Assembly: GCA_049579785.1 (NCBI GenBank)
Contig: JBAUOO010000043.1
Location: 11,335-75,334, forward strand
Reading direction: 5' to 3'
DNA from: Steroidobacteraceae bacterium
GTDB taxonomy: Bacteria > Pseudomonadota > Gammaproteobacteria > Steroidobacterales > Steroidobacteraceae
DNA: 64,000 nt
Below the pieces are notes generated by a model. That model did not search any database and was not told the origin of the DNA. It worked only from the letters and a program-made list of their open reading frames with translations. Position 1 is the stretch's first letter. Each line of letters opens with the position of its first letter. Of the stretch, positions 9,470-18,876 are shown in pieces. The translations under genes were made by a program, and so were the position numbers.

Positions 9470-11020
9470 ATGGGCGATGAAACGGCCGCGCCACGCAGAG
9501 CGCGCGCGAGCGCGCGCGATGCCCGTAGGGCCCAGCGCGCCATCCGCCCGTCGGGCCCGGCCTACATCACCCGCGCCATGGCCCCTTACGAGCTGCTCTC
9601 ACCGGAGGGGCTCGATGCCATCGAGCGGCACGCGGACTGGCTGCTGGCGGAAATCGGCCTCGAGATCCGCGGCGATGCCGAGGCGATCCGGCTGTGGCGG
9701 CAGGCGGGCGCGACCGTCACGGACGAGTGGCGCGTGCACGTGCCGGCCGGGCTCGCCCGCGAGATCATTCGCCGCACGGCACAACGCGAGTTCATTCAAC
9801 ATGCGCGCAACCCCGCGCGCAGCGTCCGCATCGGCGGCGCTGCCACGGTGCTTGCGCCATCGTACGGCTCGCCTTTCGTATCCGACCTCGACCGGGGCCG
9901 GCGCTACGGCACCTTGGAGGATTTTCGCAACTTCGTGAAGCTCGCCTACCTCGCGCCCTGGCTGCATCACTCCGGCGGCACGGTATGCGAGCCGGTCGAT
10001 GCGCCGGTGAACACGCGCCACCTCGACATGGTGTACTCGCACATGCGCTGGTCCGACAAGCCGTTCATGGGCTCGGTCACGACCGCGGCGCGAGCGGCCG
10101 ATTCCATTGAAATGTGCCGCATCCTGTTCGGCGCGGACTTCGTCGCCGATCATTGCGTCATACTGGGCAATGTCAATGTCAACTCGCCGTTGGTGCTCGA
10201 TGGCGAGGCGAGCCGCGTGATCCGCACCTATGCCGCCGCCAACCAGGCGCCGGTCTGCGTTCCGTTCATCCTCGGCGGGGCGATGGGGCCGGTCACCACG
10301 GCCGGAGGGCTCGCCCAGTGCTTCGCCGAGGCGGTGTTTTGCGTCGCGCTCGGACAACTCGAGCGTCCCGGCTCGCCCGCCATTCTGGGCAATTTTCTCT
10401 CCTCGATGTCTCTGCGCAGCGGCGCGCCCACCTTCGGCACCCCCGAGCCGGCGCTCGCGTATCTCGCCATCGGCCAACTCGCCCGCAGGCTCGGCGTTCC
10501 GTTGCGTTGCGGCGGCAATCTCTGCGCCTCGAAGGTCCCGGACGCTCAAGCGGCGTACGAAAGCGCGAACTCCATGTGGCCCGCCTTCTTCGCCGGCGCG
10601 AATTTCATCCTGCACTCGGCGGGCTGGCTCGAAGCGGGGCTCGCCATGTCCTATGAAAAGTTCGTCATGGACGTGGATCAATGCGGCGCCTTCCACACCC
10701 TGGCGCGCGGAATGGCGCTCGATGAGAACGCGTTCGCGCTCTCGGGCTTTCAGGAGGTCGGCCCGGGCAAGCACTTCTTCGGTTCCGCCCATACGCTCGC
10801 CAATTACGAGACGGCGTTTTACGACTTCGAGCTGGCCGACAACAACTCCTTCGAGCAGTGGAGCGCCGATGGCTCGGAGGATCAGCTCAGGAGAGCAAAC
10901 AGGAAATGGAAGGCGCTGCTCGCCGGCTATCAGCCGCCGCCGCTGGATCCGGCGAAGGATGAGCAGCTGCGGGGTTACATCGAGAGAAGAAAGGCCGCGA
11001 TGCCCGATGAGATCGCCTGA
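9470..11020 (+). CDS. Trimethylamine methyltransferase (MttB) superfamily protein, non-pyrrolysine type
   Basis: 516-aa uninterrupted ORF. Arg-rich N-terminus then YELLSPEGLDAIERHADWLLAEIGLEI, typical of MttB/MtgB-like proteins. GGAGAA Shine-Dalgarno about 6 nt before the ATG. Confidence 0.8.
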   Translation: MGDETAAPRRARASARDARRAQRAIRPSGPAYITRAMAPYELLSPEGLDAIERHADWLLAEIGLEIRGDAEAIRLWRQAGATVTDEWRVHVPAGLAREIIRRTAQREFIQHARNPARSVRIGGAATVLAPSYGSPFVSDLDRGRRYGTLEDFRNFVKLAYLAPWLHHSGGTVCEPVDAPVNTRHLDMVYSHMRWSDKPFMGSVTTAARAADSIEMCRILFGADFVADHCVILGNVNVNSPLVLDGEASRVIRTYAAANQAPVCVPFILGGAMGPVTTAGGLAQCFAEAVFCVALGQLERPGSPAILGNFLSSMSLRSGAPTFGTPEPALAYLAIGQLARRLGVPLRCGGNLCASKVPDAQAAYESANSMWPAFFAGANFILHSAGWLEAGLAMSYEKFVMDVDQCGAFHTLARGMALDENAFALSGFQEVGPGKHFFGSAHTLANYETAFYDFELADNNSFEQWSADGSEDQLRRANRKWKALLAGYQPPPLDPAKDEQLRGYIERRKAAMPDEIA

Positions 11021-11183
11021 GGTAGATGGGGGGCGAGGAGCGTAGCGGCGGCCGCGGCGGTCACCTCCATGGCCGTTGCGACGCGGCTCACGGTTTTGGC
11101 GGAGCCCGATGCGCAGCGCGTCGCTGATCCGTCCTGAGCGTTGCGGGTATTGTGAGCGCGCCAGGGACACGGGGTACCCGTGC

Positions 11184-12512
11184 ATGGACCCTACAGCGAA
11201 GCGGGTTTCCGGCGCCGGTGTGAATTTCTCCGTCCTACCAGATTTCGTCGCCATCGGCGGCCTGATCGCCGTCTTCTGGACGCTCCTGCGGCGTACCGGG
11301 CAAAGCCGCCTCAACTTCTGGCTGGTCGGGTGGGGGCTACTGCTCGTTCACATCGTCGCGCTGTTCGTGGCCGAGAATACCAGCGGCAGCGCCAATGGCG
11401 CCTATTCGGTCGCGGTCGCGATGTTGGTTATCATCGCCAACGCCTTCGTCTGGGCGAGCAACGACCAGCTCGACATCGGGTGGCGCAATCTCTCGACTGT
11501 GGCGTTCAGCGCCCTGCCCGATGTCGCGTTGCTGACCTTGATCATTTACGACGTGCGCGCGGCGTGGCTTTACGCCGCGCTCACCGCCCTCGGCGCCGGC
11601 TCCACCCTGGGGATGATGCGCGCCTGGCACGGCGCGGGCGAGCAACCGAGCCTGCGCTGGCGGGCTTCGCTCGTACTGGTTGCCTACTCCGTGCAGGGCG
11701 CGTTGCTGGCTTTCCATCAGCCGGATGAGGCACTCACCTGGATGCTCACCTGGCACTACCTGGCCGTCGCGGCGTTCTACCGGATGACCGCGTCCCGGCC
11801 CTCGGCCAGTGTGCGCTTCACCACCATCAGCTTCATCGCCTGGGCGTTCGTCTTTCCCGTGGGCGATCTGATGGCTCTCTTGTGGCCGCACGCCCATGTG
11901 GATGCGGAGGTGTGGAACCTGCCGAAGTTCCTGGTCGCCACCGGCATGACCTTCACGCTGCTCGAGGAGCAGCTGTCGAAGGCGGAGTACGCCTCGCTGC
12001 ACGATGAGCTGACGGGGCTGCCCAATCGGCGCATGCTCGGCCGCCGGCTGCGCGAGATCATCGAGCGAGCGAAAGCAACCGGCGCCCTGGTGGCGCTGGT
12101 GGTGATCGACCTTGACGGCTTCAAGGAGATCAACGATACGCTCGGGCATGCGGCGGGCGATGAGGTGCTGCGTTGGGCGGCGCGGCAATTTCGCGCCGAG
12201 CTGAGCCCGCAGGATGTGCTCGCTCGCTTGGGCGGCGATGAGTTCGCCGTCATTCTCACCGATATCCTCGATCACGACGCTGCCCGCGGTGCGGCGCAGA
12301 ATCTGCGCCAGGCGCTCGATGCCGGCATGGTGATTCTGGGGCGGCAGTTGGCGGTTCGCGCGAGCGTAGGCTTCTCGTTGTATCCGGACGAGACTGACGA
12401 TGCGGATCGTCTTTATGCGATTGCCGACCGCGCGATGTACGACCGCAAGGCGCGCCGACAGGAGCCGAACCTGCCGTCCGACACCTGGGGTTCCAGCCGA
12501 AGCTCGATCTGA
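11184..12512 (+). CDS. Membrane-anchored diguanylate cyclase (GGDEF domain)
   Basis: Multi-TM N-terminal half, then LTGLPNRR...RLGGDEFAVIL GGDEF motif. Start placed at the internal ATG (MDPTAKR); the true start is uncertain. Confidence 0.8.
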   Translation: MDPTAKRVSGAGVNFSVLPDFVAIGGLIAVFWTLLRRTGQSRLNFWLVGWGLLLVHIVALFVAENTSGSANGAYSVAVAMLVIIANAFVWASNDQLDIGWRNLSTVAFSALPDVALLTLIIYDVRAAWLYAALTALGAGSTLGMMRAWHGAGEQPSLRWRASLVLVAYSVQGALLAFHQPDEALTWMLTWHYLAVAAFYRMTASRPSASVRFTTISFIAWAFVFPVGDLMALLWPHAHVDAEVWNLPKFLVATGMTFTLLEEQLSKAEYASLHDELTGLPNRRMLGRRLREIIERAKATGALVALVVIDLDGFKEINDTLGHAAGDEVLRWAARQFRAELSPQDVLARLGGDEFAVILTDILDHDAARGAAQNLRQALDAGMVILGRQLAVRASVGFSLYPDETDDADRLYAIADRAMYDRKARRQEPNLPSDTWGSSRSSI

Positions 12513-12554
12513 AAACCGGCCGATGCGGGTATGCCTCGTTGGCCTACCTGCGGC

Positions 12555-14105
12555 CTAACCCTCATTGTCGGTACTGCGGATGAAGGCCGCGACGTTGTCG
12601 TGCAGCTGCTTCAGCGCCGGCAGGTGGACGTAGACCATGTGGCCGGATTGGTAGTATCGGTACTCGATGTTGCCTTGCAGGCTCGGCGGAATCGGCAGGT
12701 GGTGCATCTCGAACCAGCCTTCGTAGAAAGGCGTCGAAATGTCGAAGTAGCCGCCGTTGACCAGCACCTTCATGTCCGGGTTGCGCTTCATGGCGGCGGC
12801 GAGGTCGGGCAGCACGTTCGGCAGCGCGATCAGCGGCCGGTTTGCCCCGGGCGGCTGGTGCCGGTAGTCCCAGCTGCCGTAGACGGCAATGCCGGGCTTG
12901 TAACGCAGTGCCTCCCCGTAATGCAGCTGATCGCGCACATACTCATTGAAGGCTGCAACATATGCCGAGCCGATGGCGGCGCTCTGCGGGTCGTATTCGC
13001 TCACCTTGCTGAGCGGATCGAGCGTCGGACCGGTGAAGCGGGTGTCGAGCGTGCCGGTGGTGAGGTCCTGATCGGCCAGCAATTCCTTCTGGAAGGCGCC
13101 GTACTCGATGCGCAGGTTCGATTTCAGCAGGTAGCTCACGGGCAGGCCGGTATAGGCGTGCAGCTTCTCGGCAATCGCCTGGCGCTGCGCGGGCGCAAGG
13201 CTATTGCCCTGCATCAGCGCCAACGCGTAATCGGTGGTGGCGAAGTGCTCGACCTGAGCGAGTAAGGTCTGCAGATCCTGCGGCGGATCGGGCAGAGAGT
13301 GGTGATACCAGGCGGTGGCGGCGTAGCTCGGCAGCGCGACGATGTACGGCAGATCGACCGAGGGGTTCAGCTGCGGATCGTCCGGCATCAGGTCCCAGTC
13401 GAGGATGCACGAGAGCAGCACCACGCCGTTGAGGTCGATGTCTTCCTTCTGCAGCGCGAGCGGCAGTCCGGCGGCGCGCATGGTTCCGTAACTCTCACCG
13501 AATAAGTACTTGGGCGAGTTCCAGCGGTTGTAGTGGGAGAGGAACTCGCGGATGAAAACCGCGTAGGCGTGGATGTCCTGATCGACGCCATAGAAGGACT
13601 TCGCCGCATCCTTGCCGCGGATGCGGCTGAAGCCGGTGCCCGGGGCATCGACGAAGACCAGGTCGCTGGCATCCAGCAGACTCTCGTCATTATTCACGGT
13701 CCGGTAGGGCGCCGGCGGTGTGTGGCTATGATCGGCGGTGAGGACGCGGACCGGGCCAAAGGCGCCCATGTGCAGCCACATCGAGGAGGAGCCGGGGCCA
13801 CCGTTGAAGAGAAAGGTGATCGGGCGGTCGGCCGCCGCAACGCCGCGCTTGAAGTAGGCGGCATAGAACATGGACGCCTCGGTCGGGTTCTTCTCCTGCG
13901 ACGAGGCGCTCGAGTCCCAGCCCTGGGGGTGCACCACCAGCGTGCCGGCGACGGCCCGATAGTCGATGCGCGAGCCCCCCACGGTGACCGAGCCCATCGA
14001 GGTGACTTCGGTGGGCTTGAAATCCGGCGCCTGCCTGTTGTCGTCAGCCCGGGCGGTGCAGACGCAAAAGCCGAGCGCGATCGCGAGCAGAATAGGCTTA
14101 CTCAT
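12555..14105 (-). CDS. Secreted S10 family serine carboxypeptidase
   Basis: 516 aa. Signal peptide, [14 protein letters not shown] and nucleophile motif GESYG. Confidence 0.8.
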   Translation of the reverse strand: MSKPILLAIALGFCVCTARADDNRQAPDFKPTEVTSMGSVTVGGSRIDYRAVAGTLVVHPQGWDSSASSQEKNPTEASMFYAAYFKRGVAAADRPITFLFNGGPGSSSMWLHMGAFGPVRVLTADHSHTPPAPYRTVNNDESLLDASDLVFVDAPGTGFSRIRGKDAAKSFYGVDQDIHAYAVFIREFLSHYNRWNSPKYLFGESYGTMRAAGLPLALQKEDIDLNGVVLLSCILDWDLMPDDPQLNPSVDLPYIVALPSYAATAWYHHSLPDPPQDLQTLLAQVEHFATTDYALALMQGNSLAPAQRQAIAEKLHAYTGLPVSYLLKSNLRIEYGAFQKELLADQDLTTGTLDTRFTGPTLDPLSKVSEYDPQSAAIGSAYVAAFNEYVRDQLHYGEALRYKPGIAVYGSWDYRHQPPGANRPLIALPNVLPDLAAAMKRNPDMKVLVNGGYFDISTPFYEGWFEMHHLPIPPSLQGNIEYRYYQSGHMVYVHLPALKQLHDNVAAFIRSTDNEG

Positions 14106-14231
14106 GATCTTGAGAGTCTATTTCAAACGATCAGGGCGGTCAGCACCATTGGGCGCATCGGGACATCGCGGCGTCGTAATCCGCACGAGCCTGCATCACA
14201 ATTGCGTTCCCCCTCCCTCGAGGTCCCCGTC

Positions 14232-14990
14232 ATGCCAGCAAGATCAGTGAAGCCTCGGACGGCCCTCGTCACCGGCGCGGGCTCGGGTATCGGACGGGCG
14301 GTTGCCACCGCCCTCGCGAGAGATCAATGGACGGTCGTGATGGCGGGCCGCCGCCCGGCAGCTCTCGAGGCGGTGGCCCGAGAGGCAGGTGCCCGGTGCA
14401 TTCCCATGCCGTGCGACGTCGGCGACGAAGCCTCGGTCGAGGCCCTGTTCGAGCGCATCGAGCAGCAGATCGGCCGGCTCGATCTGCTGTTCAACAACGC
14501 CGGCATCGCCTCTTCCCCGACGCCAATCGCCGACACCTCGCTCGCCTCCTGGCAGGCGGTCATCGATACCAACCTCACGGGCACGTTCCTCTGCACCCGG
14601 GCAGCCTTCCGACTGATGAAGAGACAAAACCCCGCCGGTGGCCGCATCATCAACAACGGCTCGATCTCCGCGACGGCGCCGCGGCCGTGGATGGTCGCGT
14701 ATACGGCATCGAAGCATGCCGTGGCGGGTCTCACCAAGGCCACAGCACTCGAAGGACGGGCCCACGACATCGCCTGCGGGCAGATCGATATCGGAAATGT
14801 CGCGACCGATATGACCTCGCCGATGAGTCACGGCACTCGCCAGGCCGACGGCACCCTGCGGCCCGAACCTCAGTTCGACCTCGCGCACGTGGCGGACGCG
14901 GTCCTCTACATGGCGGGCTTGCCGCTCGAGGCCAATGTCCTCTTCATGACGGTCATGGCGACCAAGATGCCCTACATCGGTCGGGGCTGA
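14232..14990 (+). CDS. SDR family oxidoreductase
   Basis: Internal ATG (M234 of the track ORF). [10 protein letters not shown] cofactor motif and YTASK (YxxxK) catalytic motif. The upstream part of the track ORF is shadow over the S10 peptidase gene. Confidence 0.85.
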   Translation: MPARSVKPRTALVTGAGSGIGRAVATALARDQWTVVMAGRRPAALEAVAREAGARCIPMPCDVGDEASVEALFERIEQQIGRLDLLFNNAGIASSPTPIADTSLASWQAVIDTNLTGTFLCTRAAFRLMKRQNPAGGRIINNGSISATAPRPWMVAYTASKHAVAGLTKATALEGRAHDIACGQIDIGNVATDMTSPMSHGTRQADGTLRPEPQFDLAHVADAVLYMAGLPLEANVLFMTVMATKMPYIGRG

Positions 14991-14996
14991 GCAGAT

Positions 14997-15158
14997 CTAA
15001 CCGAGCCACTGGTCGAAGAGCTTGCGGCCATAGTAAAGACCGATGCCGCTGCCGATCGCGCTCAGGACCACAGCCGTCCCGATCCCGATCCACATGCCGA
15101 TGGCCCAGCCAACCGAGCCGATGAGAAAAGTACCGATGGTGGCGAAGATTCCGCGCAC
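14997..15158 (-). CDS. Small Gly-rich hydrophobic membrane protein (53 aa, below the ORF-track threshold)
   Basis: Hand translation from GTG: VRGIFATIGTFLIGSVGWAIGMWIGIGTAVVLSAIGSGIGLYYGRKLFDQWLG*. High GC3 and two predicted TM segments. No clear Shine-Dalgarno. Lies 56 nt downstream of the DUF5996 gene on the same strand. Confidence 0.3.
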   Translation of the reverse strand: MRGIFATIGTFLIGSVGWAIGMWIGIGTAVVLSAIGSGIGLYYGRKLFDQWLG

Positions 15159-15214
15159 GAGATACGTTGATTACGCCCCGCCGCGCGCGGACTCCAGGAA
15201 CTTTGCCACAGAAT

Positions 15215-16156
15215 TCAAAGCTGACGCACTTTCCCGGGAGTACCGAGGCGGCACTCGAGCGCGGCGCGGTCCCAACCGCCGGCATTCGCCGCCGCGAGGT
15301 ACGTGCTCGAGAGGAACTCGAGCAGCAGAGCGTCCGGCTCCGCCACCGCACGGACCGCCTCGTAGGGCAGGATGAACTCACCGAGGCTCTGCTCGAAGTA
15401 AGCGCCCGGTGGAACGCGGGCGTCGCGAAAGCCTCGAGGCTCAGGATAGGCGTAGGAATAGAAGGCGGCGCGCGGGAAGGCCTCGTTGCCGGGCCAGAAC
15501 CCGGCGCTGCTGACCTCGTGGGAGTAGGCCTCACGCACGACCGCATCCGGCAGGCTCGGTACCCCGCCCGGATGCTGCGGTGCCGGATGGCCCGAGAAGC
15601 GCGTCACCGCAAGATCGAAGCTTCCCCAGAAAAAGTGCACCGGACTCGCCTTGCCGAGAAAGCTGCTGCGAAAGAGCTTGAAGATCCGGTCCGCCTGCAC
15701 GAGCACGCGCCAGAAGGCATGAGCGGCGCTCGGATCGTAGGCGGCGTGAAGCTGGTCGCGGGAGAATGGAACCGGGTTTGATATCTCGCTCGGCGTGTCG
15801 TTGATCCTCACCACGATGGCGAGCTCCTGCAGAAGGCCCATGACCCGGCGATGGAAATCGCTGACCGCCTGCGGCTCGAGTGCGATCGTCCGCTCCTCGC
15901 CCCGGCTCGTCCGCACGATGAGGCGGTGCCCGATGAAATCGAACTCGATGTCGAAGATCTCGCCCGCGCAAGGAATCGGCGAGGTTCCAAGCCCCCGAGC
16001 GGTCACATAGAGCGGAACCTGCCAGCTGTGATTGACCCACGGCGTAAGCGCGAGCCTCACCTTGCCCACGATCTGAGCCCACAGATGCAACGTGCTCACC
16101 GTGTCGCGCCACGCAGGATAAGACAGAGCAGGCCAAGTGATCGTGCCGCCTTTCAT
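15215..16156 (-). CDS. DUF5996 family protein
   Basis: Start at the internal ATG (MKGGTITWPALSYPAWRDTVSTLHLWAQIVGKVRL...) preceded by GGGGGA. The N-terminal signature matches my recollection of DUF5996. Confidence 0.7.
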   Translation of the reverse strand: MKGGTITWPALSYPAWRDTVSTLHLWAQIVGKVRLALTPWVNHSWQVPLYVTARGLGTSPIPCAGEIFDIEFDFIGHRLIVRTSRGEERTIALEPQAVSDFHRRVMGLLQELAIVVRINDTPSEISNPVPFSRDQLHAAYDPSAAHAFWRVLVQADRIFKLFRSSFLGKASPVHFFWGSFDLAVTRFSGHPAPQHPGGVPSLPDAVVREAYSHEVSSAGFWPGNEAFPRAAFYSYAYPEPRGFRDARVPPGAYFEQSLGEFILPYEAVRAVAEPDALLLEFLSSTYLAAANAGGWDRAALECRLGTPGKVRQL

Positions 16157-16335
16157 GAGAGCTTCCCCCTTATGTCTCACGCATCTTAGGCACGCCGGCG
16201 GTCCGGGTTCCAGCCGCCGCACGCGTGACACCCATCACACTCGGGCCCGGCTCTGCGACTCAAGTCCCACCCTCCTCCCGTCGATAACGCTTTGATTGAG
16301 AAAGTCGCCCTTGGGCTACGGCGCTTCCGACCACC

Positions 16336-17562
16336 ATGTCCTCGAGCAACGGGCTACAGACCATCGATTCCGTCCTGATCGTCGACGACAGCGGAGTGCA
16401 GCGCGGCATCGGCGCGGCGCTCTGCCGCGAGCTGAGGATCACCAGGGTGCACGAGGCGGGCGACGGTCTCGAGGCGCTGGCGCTCCTCGATAAGCTGCCG
16501 GCACAGCCTGCACTCTTCATTATCGACCTCGAGATGCCCACCATGGATGGGCCCGAGCTTCTCTCCGCGCTCGGCGGACGCGGCACGCGCGCGCCGATCA
16601 TTCTGGCCTCCTCGCGCGAGCGCGCGCTCATGAATTCGGTCCAGGACATGGGCGCGGCGCTCGGGCTGCGCATCGTCGGCGGGCTGCAAAAGCCCCTCAC
16701 GCTCGCAAGTCTCGCGGCGCTGCTGCAGAACAAGCTCCACGCGACGGTCGAGAACAAGCACCCCGCCCCGCATCCAGCCGTCGATCCGGACTCGCTCCGG
16801 GCGGCACTCGCCCGCGGCGGCATCACCGTCCACTATCATCCACAGGTGGAGCTCGAGAGCGGGCGCGTTCGCGGCGTCGAGGCGCTCGCCCGCTGGCATG
16901 ACGCCAAGCAGGGTTGGATCGCACCCGATGCCTTCATCCCGGTCGCGGAGCAGCATGGCCTCATCCGCGAGCTCACCCTGCACGTGATGGACGCGGCCAT
17001 GCGCCAGACGGCGCTCTGGAACCGGCACGGACTCGATCTATCGATCGCCATCAATCTATCGCCGACCCTCCTCGAGCGGGGCGAGCTCGTGCAGGAGATC
17101 TCCGAGCTGCAGCAGCAGCACGAGTTGCGGGCGGATCAGATCGTGCTCGAGGTGACCGAGAGCTCGCTCCTGCGCGATCTGGCGATCGCTCTCGGCGTGT
17201 TGACACGGCTGCGGCTGCGGGGATTTCGCCTGTCGCTCGATGATTACGGCACCGGCTTCTCCTCGATGCAGCAGCTTGCGCGCATTCCCTTCACCGAGCT
17301 CAAGATCGATCGAACCTTCGTTCATGGCGCGCACGAGCGCGACAGTCTGCAGGTCATCCTGCGCTCGGCACTCGAGATGGCGAGTCAGCTCGGCATCGAG
17401 ACCGTGGCCGAAGGTGTCGAGAGCCTGAAGGACTGGCGGCTGCTGCGCGAGTACGGCTGCAAGCTCGCGCAGGGCTGGCTGCTCGCGAAAGCGATGCCCG
17501 CCGAGCAGCTCGAGGGCTGGCTCGTGACGCTCCAACGTCGCCGGCCGGAGCTGCAGAGCTGA
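16336..17562 (+). CDS. Response-regulator receiver plus EAL phosphodiesterase
   Basis: REC motifs (VLIVDDS, DLEMPTMDG) followed by EAL-domain motifs EALARW, EVTES, DDYGTGFSS and KIDRTFV. Confidence 0.85.
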   Translation: MSSSNGLQTIDSVLIVDDSGVQRGIGAALCRELRITRVHEAGDGLEALALLDKLPAQPALFIIDLEMPTMDGPELLSALGGRGTRAPIILASSRERALMNSVQDMGAALGLRIVGGLQKPLTLASLAALLQNKLHATVENKHPAPHPAVDPDSLRAALARGGITVHYHPQVELESGRVRGVEALARWHDAKQGWIAPDAFIPVAEQHGLIRELTLHVMDAAMRQTALWNRHGLDLSIAINLSPTLLERGELVQEISELQQQHELRADQIVLEVTESSLLRDLAIALGVLTRLRLRGFRLSLDDYGTGFSSMQQLARIPFTELKIDRTFVHGAHERDSLQVILRSALEMASQLGIETVAEGVESLKDWRLLREYGCKLAQGWLLAKAMPAEQLEGWLVTLQRRRPELQS

Positions 17563-17618
17563 TCACGCGCCGGGCCCGGCGAAGGACGTGCTCCGCCCGG
17601 GCGTGCTAGTCTGCGCCG

Positions 17619-18836
17619 GTGCATCCGCCGTTGCCTCCCAACGTCAGGCGCCTGTTGGCCGCGCGCGCCGCGCGTAGCTTGGGTCAGGGAGTGACGATCG
17701 CGAGCTTCACCCTCTACCTGCAGGCGCTCGGCTTCAGCGGCGCGGCCATCGGCACGGTGTTGATGGCGGGGCTGCTCTTCGGGGCGTTGCTGACGCTCAT
17801 CATCGGTCCGCTGAGCGACAGGGTGAGCCGGCGTGCGCTGCTTTTGGGCTACGAGATCGCCGCCGGGCTCGCGGCCCTCGCCGCCATGCTCGCACCCGAT
17901 CTGGCGGTGCTGATCGTGGCGGCGACCGTGGCCGGCTTCGGGCGCGGCGCGAACGGGGCCGCGGGCCCCTTCTCGCCCGTCGAGCAGGCATGGCTCGCGC
18001 GAGAGCTCACCGGTGAGGCCCGCCGCCGCGCATTCTCCCTCAACGCCACGCTGGGGTTTCTCGGCATGGCCGCCGGCGCGGCGCTCATCGCGCTGCCCGC
18101 GGCGTTGGGAGTCGGATTTCAGCGCCTGGCGACCTATCGCGCGCTCTTTGCGTTGCCGCTCGCAGGCTCGATGGTCGCGTTGCTGCTGATCGCGCGAACC
18201 CGCGTGACCGCCGCCGTGCCGGATGCCCTTCCCGCTGAGGCACCGGCACGCGTGGCGCACGTCACCCGGACGGAGAATCGTCTGCTTCGCCGGCTCGCGG
18301 CGGCGAGCGCCGTCAACGGTTTCGCGATGGGCATCGTCAATCCGCTCATCGCCTACTGGTTTCTGCGCCGGTTCGGCGAGAGTCCGGCTGCCATCGGTCC
18401 GGCGCTCGCCCTCGGCTTCGTGCTCGGCGCGGCGGGCTCGGTGTTTGGCGGCCGCCTCAGCCGGCGCTTCGGAGCGGTCCGCTCTGTGGTGTGGATGCGC
18501 CTCGTCGGCCTTGCAGTGCTGGTTGCGATCCCCTTCTCGCCGACTTTTCTCATCGCGGCGGGCCTCTATGCGCTGCGCTCGGCATTCAACCGCGGTACCG
18601 CCGGCGCGCGCCAGGTGGTGGCGGCAGGTCTCACCCGGGCCGAGCGCCGTGGGCTCGCCGCGAGCGTGCAAAGCCTCTCGAGCCAGTTGCCACGGGCCGC
18701 CGGCCCGGTGCTCGGCGGTTGGCTGATTCACCGCGGAGAGTTCGTCGCGCCGTTCCTACTCACTGCCGCGCTGCAGGCGCTGTATCTTTTCCTCTACCGG
18801 CAGTTCTTCAGCGGCCTCGACACTGAAGCCGCGTGA
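17619..18836 (+). CDS. MFS transporter
   Basis: 405 aa, about 12 hydrophobic helices, high GC3 in this frame. The antisense 448-aa ORF is Arg-rich shadow. Confidence 0.8.
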   Translation: MHPPLPPNVRRLLAARAARSLGQGVTIASFTLYLQALGFSGAAIGTVLMAGLLFGALLTLIIGPLSDRVSRRALLLGYEIAAGLAALAAMLAPDLAVLIVAATVAGFGRGANGAAGPFSPVEQAWLARELTGEARRRAFSLNATLGFLGMAAGAALIALPAALGVGFQRLATYRALFALPLAGSMVALLLIARTRVTAAVPDALPAEAPARVAHVTRTENRLLRRLAAASAVNGFAMGIVNPLIAYWFLRRFGESPAAIGPALALGFVLGAAGSVFGGRLSRRFGAVRSVVWMRLVGLAVLVAIPFSPTFLIAAGLYALRSAFNRGTAGARQVVAAGLTRAERRGLAASVQSLSSQLPRAAGPVLGGWLIHRGEFVAPFLLTAALQALYLFLYRQFFSGLDTEAA

Positions 18837-18855
18837 GCGTGCTCTTCGCTGCGGT

Positions 18856-18876
18856 GTGAGGCGCGGCGCGCCTCAC
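18856..18876. terminator. GC-rich hairpin between convergent genes (possible bidirectional terminator)
   Basis: gtgaggcgc-ggc-gcgcctcac forms a perfect 9-bp stem with a 3-nt loop. It lies between the MFS stop (18836) and the RND stop (18873-18875) and overlaps the latter. No U-tract. Confidence 0.35.

Noticed and set aside
9599-11314. 571-aa minus-strand ORF antisense to the MttB-family gene
   Set aside because: A shadow ORF with Arg/Gly-rich composition. The plus frame matches the MttB-family N-terminal signature and has a Shine-Dalgarno.
17568-17581. 14-nt perfect GC palindrome cgccgggcccggcg, 5 nt after the REC-EAL stop, as a terminator
   Set aside because: There is no loop and no U-tract. 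The next gene on the same strand starts only about 40 nt later, so support for a terminator call is insufficient.
17385-18731. 448-aa minus-strand ORF antisense to the MFS gene (also 47440-48726 opposite the second MFS gene, and 3379-4890 opposite the flavoenzyme gene)
   Set aside because: All three are extremely Arg/Glu/His-rich shadow ORFs opposite genes with clear TM or cofactor motifs.
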